Source: Campylobacterales bacterium (GTDB lineage Bacteria > Campylobacterota > Campylobacteria > Campylobacterales > Sulfurimonadaceae). Taken from it: 41,098 nucleotides of DNA. Under the pieces are notes generated by a model. The model saw only the letters and a list, made by a program, of their open reading frames with translations. It did no database searches and was not told the origin of the DNA. Within the stretch, counting starts at the first letter, position 1. The number at the start of each line of letters is the position of its first letter. The position numbers were made by a program, and so were the translations under genes. This document shows, one piece after another, positions 40,426 through 41,098 of the stretch. The stretch covers positions 1 through 41,098 of the forward strand of contig JBBRBK010000013.1 of the NCBI GenBank assembly GCA_038205935.1, written 5' to 3'.

Positions 40426-41098
40426 TTATAATATATTTTTCCAAAAAAACTGGGCTATTAAAACCACTAAAATTATACCTGCAATATTTAAAACCAAGCC
40501 GTACTTCATCATCGTTTTTACATCGACTGCTCCGCTGCTCATTGCTATAGCGTTCGGCGGAGTGGCTATGGGGAGCATAAAAGCATAAGACGCACAAATG
40601 GTCGCTATCAACATAAAGAGAGTAATATTTATGCCCGATTTCACTGCAACAGCATAGATGACGGGCAACATAATGGAGATGAGTGCCGTGTTAGAGGTTA
40701 TCTCCGTTGTAAACGTTATAAGCACGGCCACTGCGAGGATGATGAGCATCGGAGAGAGTGTCGTGATACTGAGTATATAGGATGCCAAAGTATCGGCAAG
40801 TCCTGTTTTAGTAAATGCAGCTGCGATGGAAAATCCTGCCCCAAAGAGAAACATGATCCTAAAAGGTATCTTGTCTTTGTCGTACATCCAATCTAAGACG
40901 CTAAAAGGGGGCATAAAAAGCAATAAGCCCGCACCTAAGAGAATGGCACTCTCATTAAGTCCAAGACCATTCCAGTAGGGTTCTATAGGCGCATTTATAA
41001 ACAAAAGTAGCACTAGACCTCCTAAAACATAAAGCACTTTTTTTTGCTCGTATGTTAGAGTCAATAGCTCTCTTTTGGAATCCATTTTTAAATTTTTT
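40426..41098 (-). CDS. SLC13/DASS family sodium:dicarboxylate/sulfate symporter, C-terminal part; 5' end outside the window
   Basis: LFGAGFSIA, TEITSNTA and AFMLPIATPPNAI motifs; the frame stays open to the window edge. Confidence 0.9.
   Translation of the reverse strand, partial: KNLKMDSKRELLTLTYEQKKVLYVLGGLVLLLFINAPIEPYWNGLGLNESAILLGAGLLLFMPPFSVLDWMYDKDKIPFRIMFLFGAGFSIAAAFTKTGLADTLASYILSITTLSPMLIILAVAVLITFTTEITSNTALISIMLPVIYAVAVKSGINITLFMLIATICASYAFMLPIATPPNAIAMSSGAVDVKTMMKYGLVLNIAGIILVVLIAQFFWKNIL

Noticed and set aside
701..40588. Many 60-190 aa ORFs in the track antisense to or nested in recognised genes (e.g. 1576-2040, 14982-15551, 35878-36324, 19993-20235)
   Set aside because: Shadow frames of well-supported genes, with no motifs, SD or independent context.
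40415..40597. N-terminal extensions in the ORF track (Dabb from 40597, pheS from 6163, ftsZ from 27821, sorA from 20000)
   Set aside because: Downstream starts have SD sequences and match family N-termini; the extensions overlap neighbouring genes or promoters.

Overview
AT-rich chromosomal window, densely coding, from a free-living Campylobacterota (epsilonproteobacterium). Sulfurimonas/Sulfuricurvum-like is an inference from gene content and gene order. It carries conserved housekeeping blocks (HIT/pheS-pheT-aroA-ispH; argH; DUF2018-ispB-hemA-proS-fxsA-dsb-hemC-ubiD/mqnL; rsmH-ftsL; bioA; SurA-like-ftsA-ftsZ; M48-prmC; ABC-F; metE). It also carries a LysR/sorAB sulfite-oxidation unit, a receiver-PilZ plus di-iron (ODP-like) gene pair, and a split PAS plus MCP-CZB chemoreceptor pair. 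I saw no rRNA, tRNA, CRISPR, integrase or transposase. The strongest unexplained signal is the palindrome TACATGTA. I counted 19 exact copies by eye against roughly 1-2 expected from composition. They occur in all three reading frames of genes and are built into intergenic hairpins, as HIP1 or DNA-uptake sequences are. Second is a Cys-rich, HPP-ending upstream ORF whose last codons can pair with the metE Shine-Dalgarno, suggesting leader-peptide control of metE.
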